A stretch of DNA of 64,000 bases, from positions 31,312,001-31,376,000 of the forward strand of contig NC_087437.1 in NCBI RefSeq assembly GCF_036321535.1, written 5' to 3'. Every line of letters starts with the position of its first letter. Position 1 is the first letter of the stretch. The notes under the pieces are model-generated. The model was given only the letters and a program-made list of their open reading frames with translations, ran no database searches and had not been told where the DNA came from. Shown here piece after piece: positions 38,901 to 51,596 of the stretch. The DNA is from Camelus dromedarius. Lineage: Eukaryota. A program made the position numbers and the translations under genes.

Positions 38901-40280
38901 ACCTCCTCTGCAATCTGTAACCCCATGGGATGTAATTAGACATTTGACAGCTAAGGGAAGATGTTCCTGACAATAGAAGGGAAGTTGTGTACCTTTTTTC
39001 CTCTGTCCTTCTTGTTTATTTTTTTCTGGTTCGCCTAGTAGTACGTCAGCTTTCTTTCACAGCATCTGCCACGCCATCTGTCTCTGCTGTAATATCTGGC
39101 GTTGATGGCATGTTTTCTAGTCCCCCCAAAAGTCAGCCCCATGTCCCATTTCTTCTTTCTTATGCTACCTTGTTCTTCCCAGTAGAGTCACTGACAGGTC
39201 CTTGTCCCCCATCATAATTGTATTCTTAAGTCCATCACTTCCATAAATCCCCAAAATCTTCCCTTAGGCTCATTAGGTAAGAGAAAGTTTTCATTCCAAC
39301 ATAGATCATGGTGGACATGGGTAGACACAGAGCACTTGTGTGTCTGAGGACGTGCACTAGGAGTTTTTGGGGGTTTGTTTGTTTGTTTGTTTGTTTGTTG
39401 GTGAGGTTCTCTGTCATTCCCAAGTGCCAGGCTAATTTCTCCATCCATACCCTTCTCATCGCTCCAGGGACGAAGTGATTGAGCCTGATTATGGGGATGA
39501 AAGGAGGCTATAAACCATGTACCACTTGTGAATAACAGAAAAAAGAGGGGGCCCATTTTAGTTTATATAGCTCCTTTTAAAAGGAAAGTAGAAAGCCCAC
39601 TAATCCGTTGATCCTGAGACTACAATGAGTTCTTAATTAAATTACATTTTAATTAAATTTTAATTTAAAAGACACTTGGAATTGAGCCTTCTAACTTCTA
39701 TTTATTGAGAGTTTTGGGCCAAAACTAGTAAATCTCACAAACTCCCTGAGTCATTAGATATTATTTCCAACCTCATTACAGTTCAAATTATTTATTTTTT
39801 CCCTGCTATTAGGTCAATGCAGACATAAAACAACCCAGATGTCTTATTCCAAATAAGAGAGACAAGATCAAAGTTAGCTTCACTTAATTCCCATAACATC
39901 ATCATGTCAAAGAACCAACTCCATAAGAATTTACTTCTTTCTCGGCCATCTTTTTTAGTATCCCCATATGCAAGCAGGAATCCACGGAAATTCAAGAATC
40001 TAGGACATCCAATGACAGCTCAGAAAAATACCAGAATGGCAAACATTTAGCATCCTAAATTTTCTACGTTTTTTTCAATTTCAGGACACTGAACCTAGAT
40101 GTTTAACATCCAGAATAAAGTTTTCAGAACAAAACTTTAATGACCCCACACCTAGAAATATTATCTAACCACAATAGGTCATCCCTTCTGTCTTTATATT
40201 TTATTTTCCCTGAAAGACACCCTCAGTCTGTCCCCCAAAAACATAATAGCAGGAAGATTTCTTCTGCAAATAGTCTATGA

Positions 40281-40600
40281 CAGTGCTGTTCAATGGAAAC
40301 AGTATGCAAGCCACATATGTATTTTTAATTTTTGATTAGTTACATTTAAAAAGGAAAAAGAAACAAGTGAGATTAACTGTAAAAATATATTTCAATTTAA
40401 CCCAAAACATAAAAAGTTATCCTTTCAACATGCAATCAATATAAAAATTACCAAGGAGAAATTTTACATTATTTTTTCTCATACTGTCTTTGAAATCTAT
40501 TGTGTATTTCACACTAATACCACATCTTAATCTGCGCCAGCCACATTTCAAGCGCTCAATAACCGCGTGCGGCTAGTGCCTATTCTAATTGACCACACAG
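40281..40600. mobile_element. MER33-like hAT-Charlie element with an 8-bp TSD
   Basis: About 320 bp, cagtgctgttcaat...gccacatttcaagcgctcaataaccgcgtgcggctagtg. Flanked by gtctatga (40273-40280) / gtctataa (40601-40608). Confidence 0.8.
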
Positions 40601-40614
40601 GTCTATAAACTCTA

Positions 40615-40745
40615 GTTCTAGTCCAGCAGAGCACCAGACACATAGTAGGTGCTCAATAAACATTTATTGGGTGGATGGATGGCTAGATGGATGGATGATT
40701 GGATAAATGGGTGAACTAGTGTTTAAGGATTGAATAAATGAAGCT
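40615..40745 (+). mobile_element. L2 3' end
   Basis: cacatagtaggtgctcaataaacatttattg followed by a (tgga)n-like tail. Confidence 0.7.
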
Positions 40746-42094
40746 CTGAAGTTAAATAGATCCAACTTCATTTTTCTGTACTTGAAAACCAATTTTGGTT
40801 TCCTAGCATCTATGAACATTCCAGTGCCTGATCTGGTTCAGCATATTTCAGGGTGATATTTAGAAGGGCCAGTTGCGCTAGCAAACAGCCCCAGGACACT
40901 TACATCCCCTTTCTCCTCATCAGCATCAACAGTAGCATCCAGATGCAGATCTCTCTCCAGAAATCTGACTGATACCTAAATGAGCAGAAATGAATGAATG
41001 GATGATTCTTTGGCAGTTCAGCTGCCCCTGAGGATGACTATATCAAATTAAAATTATCTAATGCATTTCACTTATGACCCTGGCCAGGATGCTCTGAGGG
41101 CCTCTGGTGTCCTTTAGATCAATTTAGCCTCCTGGCTTGAAAGGCTGGGGGGACAGCTGAGTTTTCAAGAAATTAATTTGGAGAAAATGATTTTCATATC
41201 CAAGAAGATGAGCCAAACCCTACCAAGCCTGTGGCACAAAAAAAAAAAAAAAAAAAAAGTGTTCCAATTTTACTAAATCAATTTTATTTCCATTTTAATT
41301 GTGAATTCATCCAAAGTTTTACTGCTACTTGAGATGTATCCAGCTGATGTTTTATCCTTTACGGAACGACAAGTCATAACAAAAAAAAAAAAAAAAGAAA
41401 TTAATTTCATCCATTCTAAGAACTGTGGGGGATGGCTGGTTTCTCTTGGGATTCTTTCAGTCTCTGATGTGGTTTTTTAGAACATCTCATGTTTCTATTC
41501 ATTGTAAGCTTCCTCATTAGGACAATATTTCTGCCAAGTAGTCGTGGGGGCATTAGATAGACACAGCTTAAAATCCTGGCTTTGCTACCTGTTAGACTGT
41601 GTACCTAGGCAAGGTACCGTCCTCACTGAGGCTCAATCTCTGTATCTGAAAGTGGGGGTAACACATCAAGTGCCTTCCAAAGGCGTTACCACCTCACTCA
41701 TGGCAGGGGAAGCAAACATAAGCTCCATTTCTAAAATGCCCCGTATAATCACACACACATAAAATCCCCCTTTCTCTGGACCTCTTCTCAGAGGTAAGCA
41801 GAGGAGACGTCTAAGACCCTGAAATTACAATGTGATGAAAATCAAATGAAGCTGGCCAAGCTGCGGGGTCACCCAGGGTCTGTGGGGAGGCCATGAAATC
41901 AGGGTACAGAGCTGGCCATGGAATTTTCTTCTAGCCCTTTTTTGTCTGCTTGGAATTTTGTTCTGAAATCCTCCATCCTCTTTAAAATTATGTCATTATA
42001 GATTTGCCGGGGTTAATCTATCCAGTTAAAAGGTGATCTTAAAGTCTGTGATTTTGTCTTCAAAAGTGTATCTAGAAAAAACTCAATAATAGGC

Positions 42095-42240
42095 TTCATT
42101 CATTCATTCAGTTGATATTCTTTGAATATCTACTGTGTGCCAAGCACTTTTCTAGTCACTGAGAGAAGCAGAAGTTAATAAATTAGGCAAATTTCCTGTC
42201 CTTACAGAAATTACATTCTTGTGGGGGATACAGACAATAA
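42095..42240 (-). mobile_element. L2 3' end
   Basis: ttcattcattcattcag...ctactgtgtgccaagcact. Confidence 0.7.
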
Positions 42241-42369
42241 GTTGGTAAGAAAGTTACATTAGATGGTGGGAGGGGGACAGGTAGTAAGGGGGATGGATTC
42301 TAGACAGGGTGTCCAAGAGGGTATGGGGGAGGGTAGCTTGGCTTCCCCCCACAAGGGGAAGGGCATGTC

Positions 42370-42620
42370 TCTGGAGTCAGACAGACCCTAATTCAAATCA
42401 TCTTTCTGTTTCTTCCTAGTTGTGTGATCTTAGGCAAGTTATGTAGCCTCTCTTCCCCTCAGTTTCCCTATCTGTAAAACACAAGTAACAATATCTGCTC
42501 TGCACCTACTCTATAGGGATATTATGAGGAATATTTGAGATTATATATATAATGCTTAGAATGTTGCCTAGTACATAGTAATTAGGCAAAAAGTTAGAGC
42601 TCTCATTTTTATCATTATTA
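42370..42620 (+). mobile_element. MIR SINE (near full length)
   Basis: ctggagtcagacagacc...tgtgtgatcttaggcaagtta...ctcagtttccctatctgtaaaa...gcctagtacatagtaa. Confidence 0.8.
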
Positions 42621-44631
42621 TTTGCATGGTCCCACCATAAATTTGTCACGTGGGAAATGACCTGGAGTCAGTACTAGCCTCCAAGTCCGCAACCAGGTAA
42701 TCCTAGGGGTCCTGAAACAGAAAGTCTCACACAACAGATTAAGATATGTGAATCACATGGTTTATTAAATCAATAGTGAAATAGTGAAAAGCAAGTGGAG
42801 CAGGATAGAGGCAATTAGAACAATTCAGATAGAATACAGGCAGGGCGAGGGACCAGCTGCCTGAATCTTGGGGCACGCAGTGTTCACATGACCCCCACCA
42901 CCACCACCACCACTACTACCACCACGGTGGCCTTCTGTGCGGTGGTGGGGCTATGACCGTCAGAGCTGAGGGCCGAGGAAGGAAGCTCAGCAGACAGAGG
43001 TGCCTGAGTCAACGGCACCCGTGCTGTGTTGGGAAGACTCGGGGACAGCTCCACCTGTAGTTCACCAGTTAGCCTGAGGTGCAGCTCTGGACTCTGTATT
43101 TCTTGTGCAGAGGATTCTTGAGGCCAGAATGGGGTCACCAGGGGTGGCTGATTTAAGGCCTTATTTGTGTTCTCATATGCTTCCATTTAGTGTGCCTTGG
43201 GTGTGTCGTTCACATATGGACGCATTATGAACATCACGTCTTTCCATCCTTTCCTCTCAGTGCGCAGCACACACATTTCCTGCTCTGTCTGTGGCTCCCA
43301 TGACTCAGAGCTTCCTCGCCCACTTAGTCTCACCACACACATCATGTGAAGTTCATCTGCCTCACAGGCTACCTGTTGCTCTACCCAGTTTCATCTGTCC
43401 TCCTTATTTGTTTCTCTTACTTCCTTAAGCAGAGCTGAATAATCTTAAGAAACACAGCAAAGGCGCATTACAGAGTTAGTTGCTGACATGCTGCCTGAGA
43501 TTTGCAGAGTCAGCTTCAGGGGCCACTGGAAAATTTTTCCAGAGTTAACAGAGGACCCCAGAGTTTGGAACCTGGATCACTCTGGTAGGCATCTATCAGG
43601 AACAGCGCCCTGGTGAACAAATGATCATCTTCCAACCAGGTTCCCAAGAAAGAACAGCAGTTTTAGAAAAACCAGCTTGACTAGAGCATGCTGAGAAGTT
43701 AAGATTGCCGAGGCTGCAGAAAATATGTGGCGAGTTAGCTTCAAAGGAAACTGTATTCCCAGTAATAGTCTGTAATTTATTTGGTGCTATATTTTGTGCT
43801 TTCTTGGGAAGTCACAGATTCCCCACCTCATTTCATAAAGCCCTGTTTGGAAGGGAGGATTCTGGAGAAGAATATGCTTATACTTTTTGCAGTTTACTTA
43901 GTTCCTCTATTCTCTTTCCTTTTTTTCTTTTTCTTCACATCTTCAGTCAACAGTGAAGGCAGCAGGGACACAGCTGCTGTCATTAGTAAGCTCCAAAAGG
44001 AGAAACAACATGGGCCAAGTGTCTGGGGGGCCTGTCCTTCCTCCTCACCGCAAGCTTGTGGTCCTCACCCAGCTCAGAAAGGGTGGTTTCTTCTTGTGGT
44101 TGTTGTTTGCCCTTGTTGTTTTTAGTTAAGAAAAAAGAGAGAGAGAGAAAGCAGAGATGGCTTCTGCTCACCCCAGCTGTCAGGTGAGAGAGCTGCTTAG
44201 TATTCTGGGCTGTGGGTTTGTGACTCACGTGAGCTTCCATCTGTGTGAGCTGACATCTCTCTGAAAGGCTGCTGGAGCTGTGACAAGGTTCACCTCCATA
44301 TTCTGAGGGGATGTCGACTCAATCTCGGGGGAAGTCACCTCTGTAAGTTCCTCACTGTGCCTCAATGACTGATGTGCAGTGACATGGGTGTAGGACGCAG
44401 ACACTAGCATCAGCCAGCTCTCCGGCCCGGGCCGGTGGGGCTGTGGGTTTTAGCTGCCTGTCAAAGCAGCGTCTTGCTCAGGGTTTACTAGCAGGAGGAT
44501 TCCAGGGGTGAGCAGAGCCACCTGTGTCATTGCTCGCCCGGAGTTCTCAGACATACCCTTAAGTCCCCCTCTTCCTTCCTGTAAAAGAATGAAGTCATGA
44601 GAGAGTAAATGGCTCTGTTAAAGCCCCCCTT

Positions 44632-44720
44632 GGGGGAGGGTGTAGTTCAGTGGTAAAGCACATGCTTAGCATGCACGAGTCCTGGGTACAATCCCCAGTA
44701 CCTTCATTTAAAACAAAGAA
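44632..44720 (+). mobile_element. tRNA-Ala-derived SINE (Vic-1-like), short form
   Basis: gggggagggtgtagttcagtggtaaagcacatgcttagcatgcacgagtcctggg...atccccagtacc. Imperfect TSD aaagccccccttggg / aaagccctcctggg. Confidence 0.85.
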
Positions 44721-45149
44721 AAAGCCCTCCTGGGTGTTTAAAATGTGTAGCGAAAAAAGTACAGGATCTGCAATCAGGATGAGGGTGCAGTCTCAGGTGT
44801 GCAAACTTGGTTGAGTTGCTCAGAGTTTTCTGCTGCTCAGTTTTTTTTTGTTTGGAAAATGGAATGAATAAAACATTACCTTGAATAGCTATTTCCAAGA
44901 TCGTTGTGACGATAACATGAGATAATATAAGTGGAAAAGTTTTTTAAATTGTAATGTCCAGCACACGTATTTTGAGGTTGTTATTGATACATGTGTTTAC
45001 AGTTTTAGAATATGTATATACACATATTAAGATGTAATAACTGAAGTTTCAACCAGGCATCCACACAATTGAAACAAAATTTCAGAGAGATGAATCTCTA
45101 TTTGTATGCTTGCAAAGGAAGAGGGCCAGAGCTGGTTGCATGTCTCTTT

Positions 45150-45559
45150 CTTCCCTGATAGTTTACTTTGAGAAAGTAAAAACCTACAAAAAAACAAACA
45201 AAAAAAAAAAAGTTGAAAAAATAAAAAGCCAATTCTCTTCACCTGGATTTACCAGTTTGTGCTCTATTTTGCCCTCTCTCATTGTGACATCCTATCCATA
45301 AATACTTTCTTCTCTGTCCTGAGACAGCCTCAGCATCCTTCCACACAAATGTTAACGCACTCATCATACTCAGGAACTTTAACACTGATACCCCACTGTT
45401 ATCTAAGACACAAACTATCCTCAAATTTCCTAAAATGTGCTATATAGGACGTTGTTGTTGTTTGAGAGAGAAGTTGAGTCCATGATTTAATTAAGAATCC
45501 CACAGTGCATTTAGTTGCCATGGCTTTTTAATCTCTTTTAGTCTAAAGTGTTTCCTCCA

Positions 45560-45596
<37 letters not shown>

Positions 45597-46065
45597 TCTC
45601 TTTAATGACATTGACTTAAAAAAAAAATCCAAGCCTGTTGTTTCGGAGAATGTCTCTCAGTCTGGGTTTGGCTGATTATTTTCTCGTAATTAGATTAGGA
45701 TTAAGCATTTTTAGCAAGAAGACTACACAAGTGACCTTGGATCATCCTCAGTGTGTGTCTCAGAGGGTCCAGGAGGGTCACTGTCCCCTTACTGGTCATG
45801 TTAAGGTTGCTCACTCAGTTAAGCTGATGTCTGTCAGTTTTCTCCACCGTGACGGTACCTCTATGACTTAGTAATGAATAAATAAGCTGGGGTTTGATTC
45901 TTTGAGAACACGTAAATAGCCTGGCCCCCCACAGTGTGGTTTTGGCATTTACTGCAGATCCCTGCCTGCAGCAGTTACTATGGTGGGGTGGGGGTGGTAA
46001 TTACAGTTACCACCACCCCCCCATTTATGAATGGGCATTCTGCTGTGAAGACAGAGCTTTCCCTC
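45150..46065 (-). mobile_element. Old L1MC-type 3' region
   Basis: gcatttagttgccatg...agaatgtctctcagtctgggtttggctgat...ggcattctgctgtgaagacagagctttcc. Contains a T34 tract at 45562-45595. Confidence 0.65.
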
Positions 46066-47894
46066 AATTGTAGTTCTGTGCCTCTGGAGCCCCCTCAACT
46101 TAGTTCAAGAATAAAATTATTGGAAGAGAGGAGGTGAGAGGATCTAGTAAGAAGGACGCATCTGGCGATAACTATGCTGTGTTGCACCTTCCCACCCCAG
46201 TGCAGTGAGAGGGCTGGCCCTTCACTCCCCTTCTTGTGGGGGTGGAGAGTTGCGTGACCCCCCACAGTTGGGAGTTGAGCGGCTTGGGAATGGCTCATGT
46301 CTGGCAAGTCTAAAGGTGGAGAAGTGGGCTGGATCTCTACTTCCGTGGTTCAGCTAGGAGAATGACCCTCCCTGGGGGCAACCGGGAGGGCAGCTATGAC
46401 TGTTTCCTATGTGCAGTCACCTTGGGTCTGTCCTCTAGGAGGGCAGCCTCCTGGAGGGTGAGGGCTGGAGCTGGACACCCAGAGCCTGTAGGACAAGGAA
46501 GGGTTCAGAGGAGAAGCAGAAAGCAGAGGAACAGAGAAACCAGCCACACCCCATTTCACTACCCCTACTGCAGTCATTTAGTCTAAGCGGGTCCCAGCTA
46601 GGAAAGGGAAGGAAATTTTGAGTTTGGAGTTTTGATTGAGATCTATGGAGGCTGTGTTTATGATTTAAAAGGATGTCAGGACTGTGTGTTACCCAAGAGT
46701 GGGTAGAAAAGCTGTGGGACCAGCCTGAGTTTTCACCAAGCCAACTTTTCATTGTTCCCAGGCCAGTGGGAAATTAAAAAATAAAGCTGGGTTGTAATTA
46801 CATTATCGTGAGTCATGCTTGTTCCACACACTAGTTACTTATGTGTACTAGTTACCTATTTCTAAATCGATCTGACTTAAATTACACATAAAAAAAAAAC
46901 TACTCTTCCATTACTTTCAGAAAACAAATGTGTTTGCTTTATAAGGAAATACTATTATGTCCAATATAATTGGAAACTTAGGAAAACCTTGTATGCTAAA
47001 GATTCAAGTCTCCACAAATTACAAAATCAGGCCCCTGGCCACCTGTATAAAATGTGTACCCTATACACAGACATTCCTCGTACCCCACAAACCCTCCCCA
47101 GGCACCTGAAGATTTTTGAAAGTATCACTTCTATTAATCAGGGAGTAATTGTCACTGTTCAAACACTAGAAAAGAGTTTAAGCCACAAAACTGCAACCTC
47201 TGCAGTTGGAACTTTATTCATCCTTTCTAAACACATTTTTAACTTAGGTCATGTTTATTCATTTTAAATTCTAAAAGGTGACCAGTGTGACTAGTTTTGA
47301 TGAAGCCAATCATATCAAATTAATAACTAACTGAGATACTTTTAGATAACTTTCTGAAACCCTAGTGGAGTCAACTCAAAATTTACTTATACAAAGAAAA
47401 TTCATTTGTTATTGTTGTTGTTGTTTAAGGGCCAGTGGATGGAACGTGTGGGTACAGGGAAGCAGTAGAAAGAAAAAGAAAAGAAAGTTTAATATTATCA
47501 ATATTCTCCTTTACCTGGAGGAAAAATGAAAATGTATCACCAGCATGGAAACTGAAAGTATATTTGGTGATGGAATGAACCTAATTAGCCCTAGAAATGA
47601 GTGCTTTCATCTAATAAGAGAAAAAAACAAATGACATAAGAGTTCACACAGACTTAACAGAAAACAAAAAAGGGAGCTATGGAGACCAAAAAGAAAAATT
47701 TGGGAAGGAAGGATGAAATTTTGTTTCTCCCATCTGTTTCCCCTACTCCTTTCTCAAGCACAGTATGAGTCTTGAAAATCCCTTTCTCAAAACACCTACA
47801 GAATGCATTTTAAATGCCATCTTACAGCACTCAGGATGGCCCAGAGAAGAACATGGTACAGTAAAAAAAAATACTCAGGTCTAAAACCTGCCTC

Positions 47895-49230
47895 ATTCAT
47901 TTGTTCATAATCAACTAATATTTTTGAGTGCCTGCTATACACTAGGCATTGTTCTTGATGCATGTGATAGACAAGAGAACAGAATAGAAAAGATCCCTGT
48001 CCTCGTGAGACACATTGGTTCTAGCAGGAGAGACAGGAAATAAACAGAAAATAATTTTAAAGATTTAATTATATAGGATATTAGAAGGTGATAAGTGTTA
48101 TGGATAAAAGAAAAATTAGAACAGAGTGATGAGAATGGAGTTGCCGGGGGTCAGGAGGGGTTACTGAGAGGGTGAGGACTTGAAGGAGTAAAGTGAGTGA
48201 CTGGGAGGGAGATAAGGATAGTGTTTCTGGCTGTAGAAGCAGTGCAGGGGCTCTGAGACGGGAGCAGCCTGCTGTGTTCTGGGAACATCAAGACAGCAGT
48301 GTGGCTGCAGAGAGTAAGGAAGGAGGCAGGTGGAGGGAGATGAGTTTAGAAAGATTTCAGAGGCCAGATCTTTTGGGGCCATCCCCCTGAATGAATTTTG
48401 GAAAAAGAAGTGACATGATTTGACTTACAATTTAAAGGGGCAAATGTAGGAACAGGGGGATGTGTTAAGAAATCATTGTAGCAATCTAGGTGAGAAATGA
48501 TGGTGGCTCAGATGAGGATGCTAGCTGTAGAAGTGGAGAAGTGGTCATTCAACATTCAAAGAACACCTCTAATATGAAATTATTGAATGTAGAGCCAGAA
48601 GAAGTTCCTGATGGATTGCATGTGGGTGTAACAGAAAGAAGAATGAAGAATGATGCCAAGGTTTTTGGCCTGAGTCTCCAGAAGGATGGGGCTGCCCTGT
48701 TATAGGGTACTATTACAGGGAATACCATGGTGGAGCTGCTTTGTGCGGGAAGATCGGGGGTCTGGGTTTAGTCTTGAGCTGGAGATCTTCAGGAGACATT
48801 CAAATGGAGCTGTTGAGTAGGCAATTGCACACTGAGTCAGAAACTCAGGAGACAGGACTGGATGGAGATGCAAATTTGGAAGTTGTCTGCATGTAAATGG
48901 TATTTAAAGCATTGATAATTGGTAAAAATCACACAGGGAAGGAAGGAAGGAAGGGAAGGAAGAATGGAAGAAGGAAGGAAGGAAAACTTTTAAAAAGACA
49001 AAGAAAGAAAGGACAAGGACTAAACCTTGGAGCTCTCCAATATTAAGAGATTGGAAGGAGGAAGAGAAGTGTGGTGCCCAAGGAGCAGGTAGAGAAAACA
49101 TTTCTAGGAGGAGGAAGTAATCAGCTGTATCAAATGCTACTGATGGGTCAAGTAAGATGAGAACTGAGACTTGCCTGTCAGTGTTAACCATACAGATCAT
49201 CAGTAATCTTAAGAAGACCAGTTTGGGGGA
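47895..49230 (-). mobile_element. L2 LINE 3' portion (about 1.3 kb)
   Basis: cattcatttgttc...tttttgagtgcctgctat; tgacatgatttgactta; gatgccaaggtttttggcctgag; aaatgctactgatgggtcaagtaagatgag. Confidence 0.8.
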
Positions 49231-49955
49231 AATAGGGAGTGGGTATGGAAGTGAGAGGCATCTAATCTCTGAGGCTCAGTTTCCTCATTGGGAAAACAGT
49301 GAAGAAACCTCTTGATTTAGAATGACCAAGTAATCCCTTTTCTCTTTGAAAAAAAAAGAAAAACCCACCCAATAAATGTCACACAGGAACAGAAATAGAA
49401 ACTTCCTTTCTGATGAAAGGAGCAGACAACTGGAAACCTGGACCAATATATATGAAAGCAGCAAAGGGATGAAGGAGTTGTAAATAAACTACAAATGACT
49501 TAGCAGAACTGAGGAAAGATTTATTTAAAGTGCCCACAGTACAGATGGCCAATAGGTACATGAAAAGATGCTCAACATCCCTAATTATTAGAGAAATGCA
49601 AATCAAAACTACAATGAGGTACCACCTCACACTGGTCAGGATGGCCATCACCAAAAAGTCTACAAATGATAAATGTTAGAGAGGGTGTGGAGAAAAAGGA
49701 ACCCTCCTACACTCTGGTGGGAACATAAATTGGTGTGACCATTATGGAGAACAGTATTGAGGTTCCTTGTAAAACTAAAAATAGATTATATTTTATAATC
49801 TATAATCCAGCAATCCCACTCCTGGGCATATATCCAGAGAAAACTATAATTCAAAAAGATACATGCACCCCAGTGTTCATAGTAGCACTATTTACAATAG
49901 CCAAGACATGGAAACAGCCTAAATGTCCATCAACAGATGAATGGATAAAGATGTC

Positions 49956-49958
<3 letters not shown>

Positions 49959-50002
<44 letters not shown>
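49959..50002. repeat. (TG)22 microsatellite
   Basis: Perfect run inside the L1. Confidence 0.95.
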
Positions 50003-50003
<1 letters not shown>

Positions 50004-50385
50004 TGGAATATTACTCAGCCATAAAAAGAATGAAATAATGCCATTTGCAGCAACATTGATGGACCTAGAGATGATCATACTAAGTGAAGGAAGTCAGACA
50101 AAGACAAATATCATATGATATCACTTATATGTGGAATCTTAAAAATTGATACAAATGAACTTATTGACAAAACAGAAATAGACTCATAAACATGGAAAAC
50201 AAACATATGGTTACCAAAGGGAGAAGCAGGAGAAGGATAAATTCGGAATTTGGGATTAACAGATATACACTACACATGTAAAATTAGCAAGGACCTACTG
50301 CGTAGCACAGGAAACTATATTCAATACCTTGTAATAACCTATAATGAAAAAGAATCTGAGAAAGAATATGTATGTATATGTGTAT

Positions 50386-50387
<2 letters not shown>

Positions 50388-50419
<32 letters not shown>
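50388..50419. repeat. (CA)16 microsatellite
   Basis: Perfect run inside the L1 3' UTR. Confidence 0.95.
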
Positions 50420-50422
<3 letters not shown>

Positions 50423-51596
50423 CTGAATCACTGTGCTGTATACCTGAAACATTGTAAATCAACTATACTTCAATAAAAAATACAATTAAAAAAATAAAGT
50501 GCCCACAGGTGAGAAGCAAGTTAATTTGTACCACGCAACCTCAGAATGGTTAAGGTGTTGGAGGCACCAATGTCACAGAAGATAGGGATGATGTGGAAAC
50601 TAGATATAAGGCAGTTCTTCAAAAGACTATACAGAGCTATTAAAGCTCCATGTTCCCAGGTCTGCAGGCAGGGTCCCACCTTTCCCCTCCAATGAAAGAG
50701 GCAAGAGATGCATTACCTGGAGACATTCAGCTGAGAAGCTCTAGACAGAGGAAGGTAAGGCCAGGCTGGGAAAGAAAAAAAAAAAAAGAATTATAAAGTT
50801 TGAGACCCCAGACCTCTCCCCACACTTACCTCCAGGTCACCAACAACGAGGTTACACTTTCCACAGGCAGAAGATAATAGAATGTTTCTCTGGAGAAAGT
50901 TAATTATCCCAGAAAAAAAAAAATCTAACAGATCTTGACATTGTTGTGAAAGAAAATCCCATGGGAAAAAGTGGCAAGTGCCCTAATTGCTCCCACAGTG
51001 AATTGCACTAGTTGACAAATGTTGTCCAAGCACAATTGTAGTGCTTTACTCTCAATGTAAACAGAAACCCCCAAGTCAGCTGTCATTCAAAGAACACCTC
51101 TAATATGAAAAAAAAGAGAGTAAATAGTAAGAAAAGATAACATAATAATGCAGAGAGGTATAAAAATTTTCAAAGAAACTATAATAAATATACCTGATGA
51201 GATAAAAGAAGATATTGCATCAATGGAACAGGATGAAAGACAGAGCAAGAACAACATAGAACTAGAAAAAGAAAACTTAGACATTAAAAAAATGCAATGG
51301 GAAAAAAATTTTTTTGGCTAAAAATTTTTAAAAGTCAGTAAAGATGTTGGACATTAAATTGAGGAAATATTCCAGGAAGCAGGGAAAAAAGAGAAAATAT
51401 GGACAATAAGAATGAAAAGATAAGAAAATTAAGGTTCTGTCTAGGAAGCCCATCATTTATTCAACTGAAAGATTGCTAGAGAGAGAACAGATAAAAATGG
51501 AGGAGGAGAGGTAGTTGTCAAAAAAAAAAAAAAAAAGAAAGAAAGAAAAGAAAAAACAATACAAGAAAATTTCCAGATTTAAAGAACATGAGTCTC

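Larger units (their letters stand above)
49540..50495 (+). mobile_element. 5'-truncated L1 with a perfect 13-bp TSD
   Basis: ORF2 C-terminus (PAIPLLGIYPEK, DTCTPVFIVALFTIAKTWKQPKCPS), 3' UTR and A tail. TSD aaagtgcccacag at 49527-49539 and 50496-50508; ttt/aaa target site. Confidence 0.93.

Noticed and set aside
42644..43250. Possible old LTR with a (CCA)n tract
   Set aside because: TG start and a minus-strand AATAAA are suggestive, but I could not assign a family or boundaries.
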